DNA of 63,428 bases, counting the filler, from Craspedostauros australis (taxonomy: Eukaryota): assembly GCA_030167865.1 (NCBI GenBank). It is 14 parts of 14 records of this genome, joined end to end, with 100 filler letters (N's around TTAATTAATTAA, not from the genome) between each part and the next. Parts side by side here need not be neighbours in the genome. Positions count along the whole stretch, not along the records: positions 10,755 to 39,021 come from JALAGF010000938.1; 13 more parts are not named here. One strand, 5' to 3'. Shown piece after piece: positions 10,755 through 22,658 of the stretch. Each line of letters starts with the position of its first letter. Position 1 is the stretch's first letter. A model generated the notes under the pieces. The model saw only the letters and a list, made by a program, of their open reading frames with translations, was not told the DNA's origin and did no database searches. The position numbers and the translations under genes were made by a program.

Positions 10755-11556
10755 CGCTGCCGCCGGTGCACTCATCGTACTTTCCCCGCAGGACGTAGCA
10801 GCACGAGCAGCATGTGAGGTCATGTCTTGGAGGCCGCCTTGCTCCATCCGTCTCATCCCCGCTGCCTTCTTGAACTCCTGCATGGTGGTTGCAAGTGCAA
10901 GACTCTTGCAAGAATTGGTCAACAAGTCGCGACTTTCCCGTTCCGCTGACTCCCCAGACCAGCACTGCCGGGAGCAGCTTGTCTCTCTCGAGGTCCGTTC
11001 CCAGCGATGATGCTGTTGTCGAAGGCATCGTCGCAGTATCCATTTCCTTCGTACTCGTGCCACGACTCTGGTTGGAGCCGGAGAAGGGTGTCGTCTTGTT
11101 CTCATCATCATCGTCGTCGGACTGTTGTCTTCTGTGGAAGGTTGCTCCATGGATGATGCATTCTCGGATTTGATGCAGCTTCTTGAGCTCTGTTTGTCTG
11201 CCAAAGAAGAGATTTGGCGAAGACGACGGCGCTCCTGCCGCTGGAGACGGGCTCCCATTGTCATCATCGCCGCTGACAGTACCGTGCTGGCCATCAACGT
11301 GACCACCATCCACAACATCCTCCATGCAAACTCCAAGCTTTCTCGCGTGAGTAGAAAGGCCAGGAACCGATCCCGCAATCATGGTGGTTGGCAGCTCTGC
11401 AGCGTTCTGCTCCTCCTCCGTGTACCCATCATCGTAGAACTCGCGGCCTGACGAGAAGTTCGGTTTGTGAGGATGCTGACGATGGCGATTGCAGTGCTGT
11501 TGGTTCTCGTGTCCATCCATCTTCGATGGGTTGTTCTGTTGAAGGACGTCCGTCAT
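10755..11556 (-). CDS. STAND-type/AAA_16 P-loop ATPase, 5' part (truncated at contig end)
   Basis: Motifs LFFGRQTELKKL, Walker A VLVWGVSGTGKSRLV and YVLRGKYDE. Start is ATG 11556 or 11520. Confidence 0.85.
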
Positions 11557-11725
11557 GGTGCTGTTGGCTGGTACTCCTGGAGTATGGTCAAAGGCGCCAG
11601 CGATGCTGATGGAGCTAATTGTGTTGGTTCCGCTGTTGATACCTATGCTGCTGCCGTTTTGATTGGGAAAATGGAATGTGAGGACCCGATGTGTGGTACA
11701 AGTGGAGACTCGAGTAGATCTTCGT

Positions 11726-11797
11726 GTTGGTTGGTGTTGGTTGGTGTTGGTTGGTGTTGGTTGGTGTTGTTGGTGTTGGTGGTGTTGTTGGTGGTGT
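11726..11797. repeat. 10-bp minisatellite (TTGGTGTTGG)n decaying into GTT/GGT
   Basis: About 4 perfect units, then degenerate copies, upstream of the ATPase start. Confidence 0.85.
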
Positions 11798-13975
11798 CGA
11801 TGCGTGGTGGTTGTGGTTGGTTCTGTAGTCGTACATGTCGTGTTCAAAGTCTTCGCTTCGTTGAAGTGTTGGCGCGGTTACATTCACCCCAAATGGAAGG
11901 AAGGCCACATGGGCTGTGTGTTGCCACCCACGTCCACTACCGCAGCAGCCGCAGGTGGCTCCAGTTCGATGCCTGATCTGTGCGCTTCGCAACTTCGGTA
12001 TAGTACGTATGAAGGGAGAAATGTCGAAACCGAGAAGCCATCAACAACCATGAATGTCACGACAGTTGCTTGCTCACAATTAGTGGGGAACTCAGGTAAT
12101 ATTTCCTTTCCTGTGATAAGGCAACACTTGTTTCTTCCTTGTCCCACACTTCAAATGTCAAAACCGATACTGAAAATTTGCTTGTTTCGAGTGTTCTTCC
12201 TGTCAGTTCTTGCGCAGTTGTCTTGATTTGTGCACAACCCACATTCGAAGCTCGATTTTACTTTTTCACCCTGTCGGCGAATTTTGGGGGAATAGCAACA
12301 TGTCCAAAAAAAGAACACAAATTCAGTGCTATTCCGTCGAGAGCAAAAATAAGACATTACCAAGCATTTTGGACTGAAAAGCTATGAAATAGAGGTAATT
12401 ATTGCATTTTGAACGGCCCCCCTAGAAGACCAAGAGCTCGAAAAGCGCTGTTGTCGGGGCCGATACATTTCTTGTTCGGCTTTCAACGAAACAGCGCAAG
12501 ACTTGGTGGTTTGTTGCGTGTCTGGTTTGATTCGCTTCTCCTTTTTGCCGCTGTTGTTGTTGGGTGCTTTTTCATGAATGAAACCGCAAGGCTGGGTCAT
12601 TGTCCATCTCGTGGCAGTACCTCTATGACTGCTTTGTTTGCGCGAGTTGTTCCATTGGCACACACACCAGCCATGAAGAATGCACAAACTGCGACTCGAG
12701 CATGTGGGAGAACTACGCCCCCCAGTATTGACACAATGCCATCATCCAATCCGGAGGCACGATTACTTCGATGAAACAGCGACACCAAAAGTGGGATTGG
12801 CCACATCTGTTGTGGATACGATCTCCACGTCACAACAAATGCTCGTTTTTCATGTCGATGATGCATCGGCACCAAATGTGCTACTGGCATCATGTTCACC
12901 ATGGTGACAGTTGTTTCCTGTCCGTTGTACCATACGACTACGCGTATGATGAGTGCTAATCGCACGTGTCCGTACCTATGCAGAGTTGCTTGTGGCTTGC
13001 GTGGCGAGCACGACCACACACAGGTTTCCTGTCTGTTCCGTGCCGCGAATCTGTTTGACATCGACATCACCATACGACATCAAGGTCTCATACGCTACAC
13101 TAGTGTAGCTAGATGACAAACAGGACCTTTACCACCAACAACAATGGTAGCAGACGTTTGGTTGTGATCCTCATTTGCCCCTGTTGCCATCGTGGCGCAC
13201 GAACACCACCTCCTCGTGCGAGCATGGCGCCGTTGCTGGTGGAGCTCTCTGAAGTTCCGACCAAGAGGAAATGAAACCAGGTGGACATGTTAAGAACACG
13301 ACAACGCCACCACAACAGTCACGAAACGGCTGGAATTCGCAATGTCAACGATCTCGTGACTGACTGGTGTTTGATTTAGTCCGATGAGTCCCTGGTGCAG
13401 TTTTCATCGACGCGCGAAGACTGTGTTAGCCTTTTCTGGAAATACGATGGACGTTTCGCGCCAGTAATGGGACTTGATGTGTACCATAGACGTGCTCCCC
13501 CTATGCGTATGTAGACTAATTAGATTTTCCGCGATGGAGTACATTTCGTACGTAGTCTACTTCATTCCTTCCCCAACAATTGTCCCCTAAGTGCAAGAAG
13601 AAGGTACGCTTGGAGAAATCATGACGACTCTTGACGTGCTAGTTTCGATGATGCCCAAAGGCGAATGAAGTATGCCAGTTGCGTCGCAACTGCACCCATC
13701 CAAGTGAGATTATCTCGTGAAAGCATTTGTTGTCGCACTTGGTGATTCATTGGCAATGGCTCGTACGGAGAGAGGAGTGTGCAACAACTGCCCTCCCATT
13801 TGGAGGTGCGTTTGCGTCGATGCGAAAGTTATCGGTTGCTTCTCTGATCTGCGATGGACACAGTTGATGGAAAGAGAGCAACACCGTTTTCCCGCATTCG
13901 TAGTGCTCGTGTGAATATGCGTATGTGTAGGTAGTCCTGCTCTAGTCGTACGAGTATGGTACGATTGTTACGTAG

Positions 13976-15568
13976 TTACTTGTTGTATCGCAAGGATCCG
14001 AATCGCGGGGGGATTTCATCGGGATATTGAAACCAAGGATGATCCAGGACTTCCTTCGTGGTGAATCGCAATCGAGGATCGATCTGCAGCATGTTCTTGA
14101 GGAGATGGAGGCATTCCGGCGTGATGGTGACTCCCCAATCCGCGATGAGGCGCTCGATGCCGTTGGCCATCCAGTAGAATTGTGGGTCGCTGGAATGCGG
14201 TCGTTCGTAGGATCGGTTGCCTGTGACCATGCAGAAGAGGATGGTGCCGGCCGTCCAGACGTCAATTGCGTTGCCATCGAAGGCATCCCGGTTGCGGTAA
14301 ATCTCGGGTGACATGTAGGGCAGCTTGCCGCACGCGCCTTGCGGCAGGATCATGCGGCGGTGCGTGCCATGGCGGGCGTCCGTGACGTTGGTGGCAGTGT
14401 CTGGATTCGAGGATGACGAGGAGGAAGAGTTCGCTGCGGCCGAAGACGACGATGGTGAGGCCGAGGTGGATGGCGACGCCCCATGCATTCTGCTTGACGC
14501 GCTGCCTTTGCTACCGCCGTTGGGGTTTGGGTTGGTGTAGGGTATTCGGAGGCACATGCCCATGTCAATGATGAGACAACCGTTGCCATCGATCATGACA
14601 TTCTCCGGTGACAGATCGCGGTGGCAGATGCCGATGGAATGCAGGTACTGCACCCCGGCCATGACCTGGCGGAACCAATACCGCGCCTGGCCCTCGGGCA
14701 CCCCCGGTGGTTGGGAAGGATCCGCCGGGGCCTGCGATTCCTGCAACAGCTCGAAGAGATCGCCGTTCCCGCAGTACGGCAGCACAACATTCAAATGACG
14801 GCCATCAAACAAGACCTCGATGCAACCCAGGACGTTGGGATGGCGCTGGCCGATTACCTGCATGGCGGCGATCTCCTTCAAGGGATCCTCGGCGTGCCGT
14901 CCCCGAAGACGTTCCATGCGATCTGCGTAGTTGACCTTGACCGCGACGTACTTCTGCGTGACCTGGAAGACGATATCTTCATCCTCGTCGCCCATGCTAC
15001 TGTCACTGGACCCCCAGGCGGAGCTCTCCGAGCCATCGTCGTCGTCGTGATTACCACCCCTGCCGCCGGCACCAGCACCACCTTTGTTCTTGTTGCGAAT
15101 GCGTTCCAGCACCACGCAGATCTCCACGTGGCCCATGATGGTGTTGATCTTGGCCTTGTATGGCAGCGGCCAGTACGCCTGCTGCACGCGAGACAGGGCC
15201 GCGCCATCGTCCGTGCCGAATTCTCGTGAATAATCGCGAAAGAGGACATTGTGCGCGACATCGTGGGCCTGCGTGCGTTCATTGTAGCATAGCACGTCAT
15301 TGCGGCAGCCGCGTTCGAAGCGGGGCTTGGGAAAGTCGATGGGCAACGCTGGTGGACCGGCCGCGACGACATCGTCCATTGGTCGCCTCTGATTTGCGCT
15401 GGGAGTCACGAGTCTTCGACGTTGCTGCTGTTGCTGCTGCTGTTGGCTTCTGGCACCGCTGGTGCTGCTTCCTGTCTGTGGATTCTGTATGCCGTCCACC
15501 TGCATTGCATTCATGCCAGACGTGACATCCTGGATCATGGCATCGCTATTCCTTTGTGCCTGATTCAT
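13976..15568 (-). CDS. Ser/Thr protein kinase (CAMK-like, stramenopile type)
   Basis: Motifs VAVK, EDPLKEIAAMQ, HPNVL, CHRDLSPENVMI, IIDMG, GKLPYMSPE, DVWTAG and R..TKEVLDHPW. Confidence 0.92.
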   Translation of the reverse strand: MNQAQRNSDAMIQDVTSGMNAMQVDGIQNPQTGSSTSGARSQQQQQQQQRRRLVTPSANQRRPMDDVVAAGPPALPIDFPKPRFERGCRNDVLCYNERTQAHDVAHNVLFRDYSREFGTDDGAALSRVQQAYWPLPYKAKINTIMGHVEICVVLERIRNKNKGGAGAGGRGGNHDDDDGSESSAWGSSDSSMGDEDEDIVFQVTQKYVAVKVNYADRMERLRGRHAEDPLKEIAAMQVIGQRHPNVLGCIEVLFDGRHLNVVLPYCGNGDLFELLQESQAPADPSQPPGVPEGQARYWFRQVMAGVQYLHSIGICHRDLSPENVMIDGNGCLIIDMGMCLRIPYTNPNPNGGSKGSASSRMHGASPSTSASPSSSSAAANSSSSSSSNPDTATNVTDARHGTHRRMILPQGACGKLPYMSPEIYRNRDAFDGNAIDVWTAGTILFCMVTGNRSYERPHSSDPQFYWMANGIERLIADWGVTITPECLHLLKNMLQIDPRLRFTTKEVLDHPWFQYPDEIPPRFGSLRYNK

Positions 15569-16493
15569 GATCAAACTGTAGAATGCTTGATGCTGCTGGT
15601 GGAGCCTTGTGGAGTCCTCACTCGTTGGCAGTCTGGTGAATTGACCAGATAGCGCTGTCTACTGATCAGAAGAGACTCACCGATCGATAGATCGATCCGC
15701 TGGATTCGGCGGAGTGACAACCGCAGAGCAGCAGAGTGCAGAGCAGCAGAGTGCAGAGCAAGCGCAAATGACTTCGCGCGAAGCAACACAAAAATGAGGC
15801 GAAGGTGGAGTTGGGAAGCAGCTCCTTCTCCAACAGATGGAGAGTCTCTTGCTGCTTGTTGTTGACCCACTTTCGACACTTCCTGCCTTGGTTTCCTTTA
15901 TAATGATATTATGTAATACACCACAATAGAATAGAATGGAATGCCTACAATGAAGATGGTTGCACACGAAGCGCCTGCACGCAAGATCTTGATCTGCTGT
16001 GTTGTGTGAGTACTCGCGCAGACGGGTCAGGTTTGGCCTCTCGATAACTACTCCAACGACACTTTCGCGGGCGCGTGCTCTCCCCTCAGCGTCGGTTGCT
16101 GAAATTCTCAGCACGCCTCAATTTGCTGCCGAGGCGTGCAGGAGAAGTGCACGGCGGTTTTTCTGTCGTGTTGTTTCGCGACTTGAGTCCATGTGGTCGT
16201 ACCCCACATGCTTAAAATTAGGGAGGGAGACCTGCCGTGTCTTGTCCGGTCGATTCTCGTCAACCAAACAAGGCAACACCCGACGGTAAATCTACGACGT
16301 TTTGCATGTGCCGTATTCGTTGGCAGCAACCGATCAACGGTGATTTGACATTACGCTCTTCCTGTGAAGCAAGAGGATGTGGACGAGCGTAGTATCGTAT
16401 GAACGTTTCCATAGAGAGAGAGTAGAATGTAATAGGTTCATTCGAAACTTCCCGGAGAGATTTTGGCGTCAAAATATTCAATGTTATCAGCCG

Positions 16494-17792
16494 TCACGTC
16501 ATCTGCGCGTTCCCAACAGCGGTCTTGTGTGTCGGATCGTGTGGCTTTTCGTCAAGAAGGTTCGTTGTTTCGGTAGCGATCACAACGGCGCCATCTTGCT
16601 CTGCCGTATGGTCCGCCTCGTGCTCTTTCTCGTCAGCCCGGTCGTGGTACTGTTCAATGGCGATGGTGGACAGCGCAGTCATGATCAGCGCCACGCCGAA
16701 GCATTTCAACGCGCTCGGGATCTCGTCGAAGACCACGATGTCGCAAAGGTACGCAAACAGAATGTCCGAGCTCCGCACGATGCTTCCCAACCCCGCGGGT
16801 GCCAGCTGGCCGGCGCAGCTGATCAGGAACAGCTCGCACGTCCCAAAGGCTCCCATGCCAAGGATGTACCACCAGATGGTTGCGTCGAACGGAAAGTACC
16901 ACAAACCGTCGATCTGACGCACCCAGCCTTGCGTGCCAAAGAAGATGGACGTCATGATGCTGAAGATCACAAACGATCCCATCAGCTGGAAGGTGTGGAC
17001 GCCCAGCTTCCCCGCCACGCGGATCAGGGAGATGATGATGGCGCAGAAGAAGCTTCCCAGAATGGCGGTCAAGTACCCGATCCAGGCGTACGACGACGTG
17101 CCAAGACCCTCTTCTTCGTGGTCGGGGCCGTCATCTCGATATGTGTTCGTATCTGCGGTTCCAAAGACGAAGCTGGGGTGCGCGATGCAGATGGTCCCGA
17201 TTAAGCTCAACGCCGCCACCACCACGTGGATGAATCGGATCGGCTCGTGCAGGAAGATCGCACCAAAGATGATGGTGAAGATGGGGTGAAGGGACAGCAA
17301 GGTGATGGCGTCGCCCAACGGCAGCAATTTCATGGCCATGGAGTACAGGATGAACGCCAACGACCCGCAAACCCCGCGCGCGATGACCACCCTCTGGACA
17401 GTCCAGGGACCTCCCAGCGGCGTGAACAGCAGCGGCCTTTGTTCTTCCGCACGGATCACAGGCACGGCTACAGCGTCATCAGCACCCTGCAGGGTATCTA
17501 CGTCCATGAGCACGTCGATGGATTGCGATTGCGAGGGCGATCTGTGGAGAATCGCACCCTGAGCGACGCAGCTCGGTTTGACGTGGGTCAAGGCCATGAG
17601 GACGAAGACGCCTTTGAACACGGTGCACATCAGCACGAGCTCCGTCGCTGGCAGGCCGGATCCCGAGGCCAGCTTCAGGCATGCTCCCATGCCAGCGAAG
17701 AAGGCTGCCGAAACGAAAAGCAAGAAGAGGGCGAAGGGCTGGACGGAGATCCAGGATGGACGCGGGAGCATCGCTTCTGCGTCTGCCGACAT
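16494..17792 (-). CDS. EamA/DMT family transporter (two EamA halves)
   Basis: About 10 TM segments. Motifs ARGVCGSLAF, LPLGDAITLLSLHPIFTIIFGAIFLHEPI, APAGLGSIVRSSDILFAY and VFDEIPS...GVALI. Confidence 0.9.
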   Translation of the reverse strand: MSADAEAMLPRPSWISVQPFALFLLFVSAAFFAGMGACLKLASGSGLPATELVLMCTVFKGVFVLMALTHVKPSCVAQGAILHRSPSQSQSIDVLMDVDTLQGADDAVAVPVIRAEEQRPLLFTPLGGPWTVQRVVIARGVCGSLAFILYSMAMKLLPLGDAITLLSLHPIFTIIFGAIFLHEPIRFIHVVVAALSLIGTICIAHPSFVFGTADTNTYRDDGPDHEEEGLGTSSYAWIGYLTAILGSFFCAIIISLIRVAGKLGVHTFQLMGSFVIFSIMTSIFFGTQGWVRQIDGLWYFPFDATIWWYILGMGAFGTCELFLISCAGQLAPAGLGSIVRSSDILFAYLCDIVVFDEIPSALKCFGVALIMTALSTIAIEQYHDRADEKEHEADHTAEQDGAVVIATETTNLLDEKPHDPTHKTAVGNAQMT

Positions 17793-18964
17793 GATGGAGC
17801 AGAGCACGAGTGCAAGTACAAGTACGAGTACGTGCTGTAGCGTGTTTGGACACGATTCTCGCTACACAGGCGATGATCGGGTGCTTGGAAGGCTGTGTGT
17901 TGCTGTTCCCGTTGATGGTGGTTGGACGATTATTGTGCTGATCTCTCTGCTGGCACTCGTATTGCTCTCTGTTGTTCACCTGCTCGTTTCATGGGGACAT
18001 CGAATCTGGCATGGAATTCCACAGGTTGTCTCTCAAAGCATGGTGTCATTCTCCGCTTTGAATGACTCCTTTCGTCCGATTGAATGTTGCCACGGCATCA
18101 TGCCAACAGCAGCATCAGAATCAACCGCTTGGAGGCGGGATGAATGAGAGGGGCGCAATCCGTACCTGCGTGTTGCGAGCGCCTTCCGTCGATCGGCCCC
18201 GAACACGATTGCATCGTTAGGTGGCGCTGTTCTTGGCGAATTCGCTGATGGGTGGCAGCAGATGCACGTTTGGGTTCTCGAAATCGTGATGCGCAAAAGG
18301 GCCGGCCAGCTCACACAGTTGTTCTGTTCTTGATGTGTGACATCGATTCGAGTCTAACACAGTATGTAATGCGTGATCCAAGTCACTCCCGTTTCCAAAC
18401 TCACATTTTCGTTCCGTGGACACGAAATTCGCGGAAACACGCAGCGCGTCCATCAGCCAAAGAACGGAGCTGTCGTCGAGCGCCATCCTCTTACGTGCAC
18501 TGTACATGCCGCAGAGCACTCGCATCATATAGTAGGTATGTGCTTGTACACAGAGCGTGCTGGCGCATAAGTAGGAGTATACCTCATTCGATAGAATACT
18601 CTCTAGAGAGTCACCTACTGTATTCCGTTTTCTTCATTCTTGTGCGGTGTGAGTCACCCACGAGCGATCGTCTGCTACATGATGAAAAATCGTGGAAGCA
18701 CGAACACACTGTGTTGAGTGAGATTGGATTTGCGTCTCGTGTTTTGCTTTACTTTACTTTACTTTATCGTGGTGCTCGTACGCGGTGCCATGCTGCTGCT
18801 GGGGAGAGAGAGAGTGAGTGCGTGTGCGTGTGCCGTCCGCAACAGCCACATAAATCCTAGCCCGAATGGTTTGGAAACCGAAGCAACTTGCACTCCATTT
18901 CGTTGTGGTCCTTTATCAAACTGCTAGAACAATACGAGATCGAGTGAACCAAATACATCGCATC

Positions 18965-20596
18965 ATGGGGAAACGGAAGAACAAGAACAAGCAAAAGAAT
19001 AAGGGCAACGCCATCGGCAATGGCAGAACAGTTGGCGATAGTGGCACTAGCCAAGGCAGCGGCAGTGGAGATGACAAAAGCTTTGATAGCTTCTGGAGAA
19101 TGCTCAACGGATCGTCCTCATCCTTCCATTCGTCTTCCTACTCATCATCCTACTCGTACTCAAGCTCGTACTCAAACTCGTATTCAAACTCGTACTCAAA
19201 CTCATATTCACATTCATACCATACTCGTACACCCATCTCACCGTGGTACTCCAAGCCATTCTCATGGATGAGCAGCAATCATACTCGAAGGATCGAGCCT
19301 CCAAATCTTCGCAAACCGTCGCAGAACAAGACCGTCGTTGCTGGAAATCCCGAATTCTGGGATCGAGCCATCGAGAAAGGATTCACGTTCGGCAAACTGA
19401 AGCGCCTCGTGAAGCAGAAGAAGCATATCGCATACGGGCCCGGGCTGATGCTGGGAGGCATGAATGTGGATGGATACGACCACTTCATGAATGCCAACAA
19501 CCTCTTCTTTCATATCGAGCATGGTCTGACCGACACCACCACCGCGCTGCAACCAATGGCGATGTGTCTGCGGCTTGTGGCCAAATCCAACTACACCGGC
19601 CTCCTCTGCATCGAAGCCCCGTTCATGGAGATGAAGGAGCTTCACAGGATCCCGTTCTCGGCCTGCCAAGTCCATTTTGAGAGATGCGATCTATCCCAAG
19701 CCGACGTGCTGCTGGACAACGCGATCCAGAATGCCAGATCCATCACCTTCTCATCCTGCCAATTGAGCGCCAATATTGCAGATCTGTTCGATCCCCCGCA
19801 TCCCGTGAGCATCTCCTTCATGACGAAGTTGGTCCTGCACGAGACGTCGATTGATTTCGCCAGCTTGCTCAAGATTCTACGCAGCAAGACGACGACGATG
19901 ACGTCGGTGAAGAGCTTGAGCATCTCGGACAAGCACGGAATGTACTGCATGGAGGAATGGAAAGAGCTGATCCGAGCGCTGTCCGAGTTGACCTCGCTGG
20001 AATCCGTCTCTCTGGTGCTTCCTGGTACCCACAAAGGCTGGCTAGGTGGCTTGAAGAAACTGCTGCTCAACCGTGGTCTCCGGGCGGTATCCTACCGACT
20101 GCCTCGGTGTAGTTTCGACGACGTTGCTCCTGATGCACCCATACGCTCCTCGATAGCGAATATGATTCTGCGGGCCCTGAAGAAATCCGTCCGCCTGAAG
20201 AAGATCGCCATCGATCCACTCCCTTTTCCGCCGACACGCTTTTACGCGGCTATGGATGACATTCTGCGTCGCAACATGGACGTCGCCATAACTACCTGTA
20301 GCATCGCGCAGCGCCGCGCCCCTCGCAAGCTGCTGGCCAAGTTGATATGCCAGGAGTACGTTCATCAAAGCCCCGACCATCTATACCGCGTGTTGATGAC
20401 GACGAGCAAACAGTTCAAGATGATGGTCGACGCTGGCAAACGACGCCAATCCGGCGTCGCAGGAACATCCCGAAAGCGACGCGCGGAGGAGGTCGACTCG
20501 TGGCAATGGTTGGATCCATTCGTGGAGGATATGAAGGAATCCCTGCTGCGTACCGAAACGCCGACTCGCAAGATGAATAAGATTGCGAAGAAGTAG
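18965..20596 (+). CDS. Hypothetical protein with Lys-rich NLS-like start, SYSN low-complexity tract and RNI/LRR-like C-terminal half
   Basis: 543-aa intact ORF with LxxLxL-like periodicity (ARSITFSSC, MTKLVLHET, VKSLSISD, LESVSLVL, LRAVSY, LKKIAID). A 12-bp CTCGTACTCAAA-type repeat lies at ~19150-19220. Confidence 0.7.
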   Translation: MGKRKNKNKQKNKGNAIGNGRTVGDSGTSQGSGSGDDKSFDSFWRMLNGSSSSFHSSSYSSSYSYSSSYSNSYSNSYSNSYSHSYHTRTPISPWYSKPFSWMSSNHTRRIEPPNLRKPSQNKTVVAGNPEFWDRAIEKGFTFGKLKRLVKQKKHIAYGPGLMLGGMNVDGYDHFMNANNLFFHIEHGLTDTTTALQPMAMCLRLVAKSNYTGLLCIEAPFMEMKELHRIPFSACQVHFERCDLSQADVLLDNAIQNARSITFSSCQLSANIADLFDPPHPVSISFMTKLVLHETSIDFASLLKILRSKTTTMTSVKSLSISDKHGMYCMEEWKELIRALSELTSLESVSLVLPGTHKGWLGGLKKLLLNRGLRAVSYRLPRCSFDDVAPDAPIRSSIANMILRALKKSVRLKKIAIDPLPFPPTRFYAAMDDILRRNMDVAITTCSIAQRRAPRKLLAKLICQEYVHQSPDHLYRVLMTTSKQFKMMVDAGKRRQSGVAGTSRKRRAEEVDSWQWLDPFVEDMKESLLRTETPTRKMNKIAKK

Positions 20597-21117
20597 GAGC
20601 TCGGATGAAGTAGGAGCTCGGATGCAGGAGACGGAAGGTAGAGAGTGAGGGGATGGGGGTGGAATACAATACTACCTAGAGTACGAGTAGTCGTATGGCA
20701 CTACTATGATGCGAGTAGCTCGTGGTGCTGGAGCTCATAGCCAATGTGAGACAACACAACACATCGCGGCGTGTTCATTCCTCTCTGCCTGTGTCTGCCT
20801 GTCTGTCCTTTGTCGCTTTCGCATCGCCTGTTGGCGCCAAAAGATCTTTCTTGGGTGTTCCGAGAATGGGGACTCAGCGAAACTCCACACTACTCTGGCA
20901 CGATCGTGTCTTTCTCACAACCATCACCTCACAATCCAACACGCGCGAGCCACGAGCTTCGATCTACACTGTTAGCACCATACGACCTGCGACCACAAAC
21001 GGCACAAGAAGCAACAGAAACAAGCATCATTTACCGTGCGACTAATCATACGCGTACATTGATAGTCAGTCAGTGAGTGTACTGTATGTACCAATAGAGT
21101 AGCATGAACAGCAGAGG

Positions 21118-22446
21118 ATGGAACATGATAAAGATAATAGCACGAGCAACAAGACAATCGTTATAGTCGATCCCGTGACAGAATGGCGAGGCGTCGTGGC
21201 AGCAGCAAAGCAGCTCCAATACACGATCGTGGCGTGTTTTCTCTCTCCGGTCACAGAAAAGCTGCGCAAGTTCGTGCCGACCGCCGCAGCCTTGCAGTCG
21301 CTGGGTGTCGATCACGTGCTGCTCTCATCGGAGGAGCAGCCCAGAGATGTGTACGCCTGCGCAAGAGACTTGAAGATCCTGTCCCAACGACGATGCCTGC
21401 ATCTCGAAGTGGTGATTCCCTTGTCGGAAACGGCGGTCGAATTCACGGATATCCTGGCATCCATGTTGGGCGTACCGGCGCACAATGGATTGGACACGAT
21501 TCTATGCCGACGCGATAAGGGATTCATGAAGGAGGCGGCTTCGTCCACAGATCGGGGCTTGCGCGTCGCCAAATTTGCCCGGGTGCGTTGCATGGACGAT
21601 GTCCTGGCCGCCATTCGGTCCTTGCGACTCAATTATCCAGTCGTCATCAAGACGCCGCAAGGATTCTCTTCCACCGACGTCTTTATTTGCGAGACGCAGC
21701 CAGATGCTGCGCATGCCATGGATGTCATTATCGATTCGCGCAGTCCCGACGGCAGGGCGAACGTCGATCATGCCTTGCTGGAAGAGTACATCGAGGGCGA
21801 CGAGTTCGCGGTCAACGTCATGGCATTCGAGCATGGCGATTGCATCGTGATCACGGATCTGTGGCGGTACGCCAAGCAGAAGAACGCCAACTACTCCTCC
21901 GCTGAAATATGCGACGCGCACGATGCGCGGTACATCAGGTTGCTGGAGTATGCGAAGGAGGTGGTGCGGGCCGTTGGAATACGGTACGGGGCGGGGCATG
22001 TGGAATTGAAGGCTGTTCTGGAGATGAACGAATACGTGCGCCCCATGCTGGTGGAAGTCGGCGCTCGATTATCCGGTGGAAGCAAGGCAACCATGTCCCG
22101 GCTTGCCAACAGCGGGTGGAATCCATTTCAGGCGTTGATTCGATCCCATCTCGGAGCTTCTGTGCCGGACGGTGTTGAGAATGGAATGGTGCGTCCGAAG
22201 CGCTTCGTGAGACATCTCTTCTTGTCGTTGGAGAAGCCTGGTGTCATTCACAAGCTGGCTCTGCCCGATTTTTCCGAGTTGTCGACGTGCCACACCCATG
22301 CCATCATTGTCAAGGAAGGGGATGCTGTGGACGCTACGAGCGATATCACATCCTGCGCAGGCTTCGTTTGGTTGGTTGGAGAACGCGAGGTGGTGGACAC
22401 AGAGACTGATATTATCCAAAATGAATTTCGCGTCGAGATGGGCTAG
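21118..22446 (+). CDS. ATP-grasp ligase (L-amino-acid ligase / DdaF-NikS-like)
   Basis: Motifs IVIVDP, PLSETAVEFTD, RRDKGFMKE, YPVVIKTPQGFSS.DV, LLEEYIEGDEFAVN, YGAGHVELK and LVEVGARLSGG. Confidence 0.88.
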   Translation: MEHDKDNSTSNKTIVIVDPVTEWRGVVAAAKQLQYTIVACFLSPVTEKLRKFVPTAAALQSLGVDHVLLSSEEQPRDVYACARDLKILSQRRCLHLEVVIPLSETAVEFTDILASMLGVPAHNGLDTILCRRDKGFMKEAASSTDRGLRVAKFARVRCMDDVLAAIRSLRLNYPVVIKTPQGFSSTDVFICETQPDAAHAMDVIIDSRSPDGRANVDHALLEEYIEGDEFAVNVMAFEHGDCIVITDLWRYAKQKNANYSSAEICDAHDARYIRLLEYAKEVVRAVGIRYGAGHVELKAVLEMNEYVRPMLVEVGARLSGGSKATMSRLANSGWNPFQALIRSHLGASVPDGVENGMVRPKRFVRHLFLSLEKPGVIHKLALPDFSELSTCHTHAIIVKEGDAVDATSDITSCAGFVWLVGEREVVDTETDIIQNEFRVEMG

Positions 22447-22658
22447 TCTGGGGTGTTGGGGAGGCGCAGACAGAGACAGACCACATCGCATTGCATTTGA
22501 AGCAAAGGGAACTTTCATAACACTCGCGTTGATATTCGTTAAATCCTTGCATAACTCCGCAAGTGTACGAGAGTGGAATTGGCGAACTCCTATCATTGAG
22601 TGTTGAGCGTTGAGTTTTGAGTGCTGAGCATCGAGTGGAGCCGTCATTGACCAGCCAG

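Noticed and set aside
12081..12425. MITE/Harbinger terminus (GAACGGCCCCCCTAG ending an AT-rich island)
   Set aside because: It resembles a TIR on the minus strand, but I could not find a matching partner TIR or TSD in the contig.
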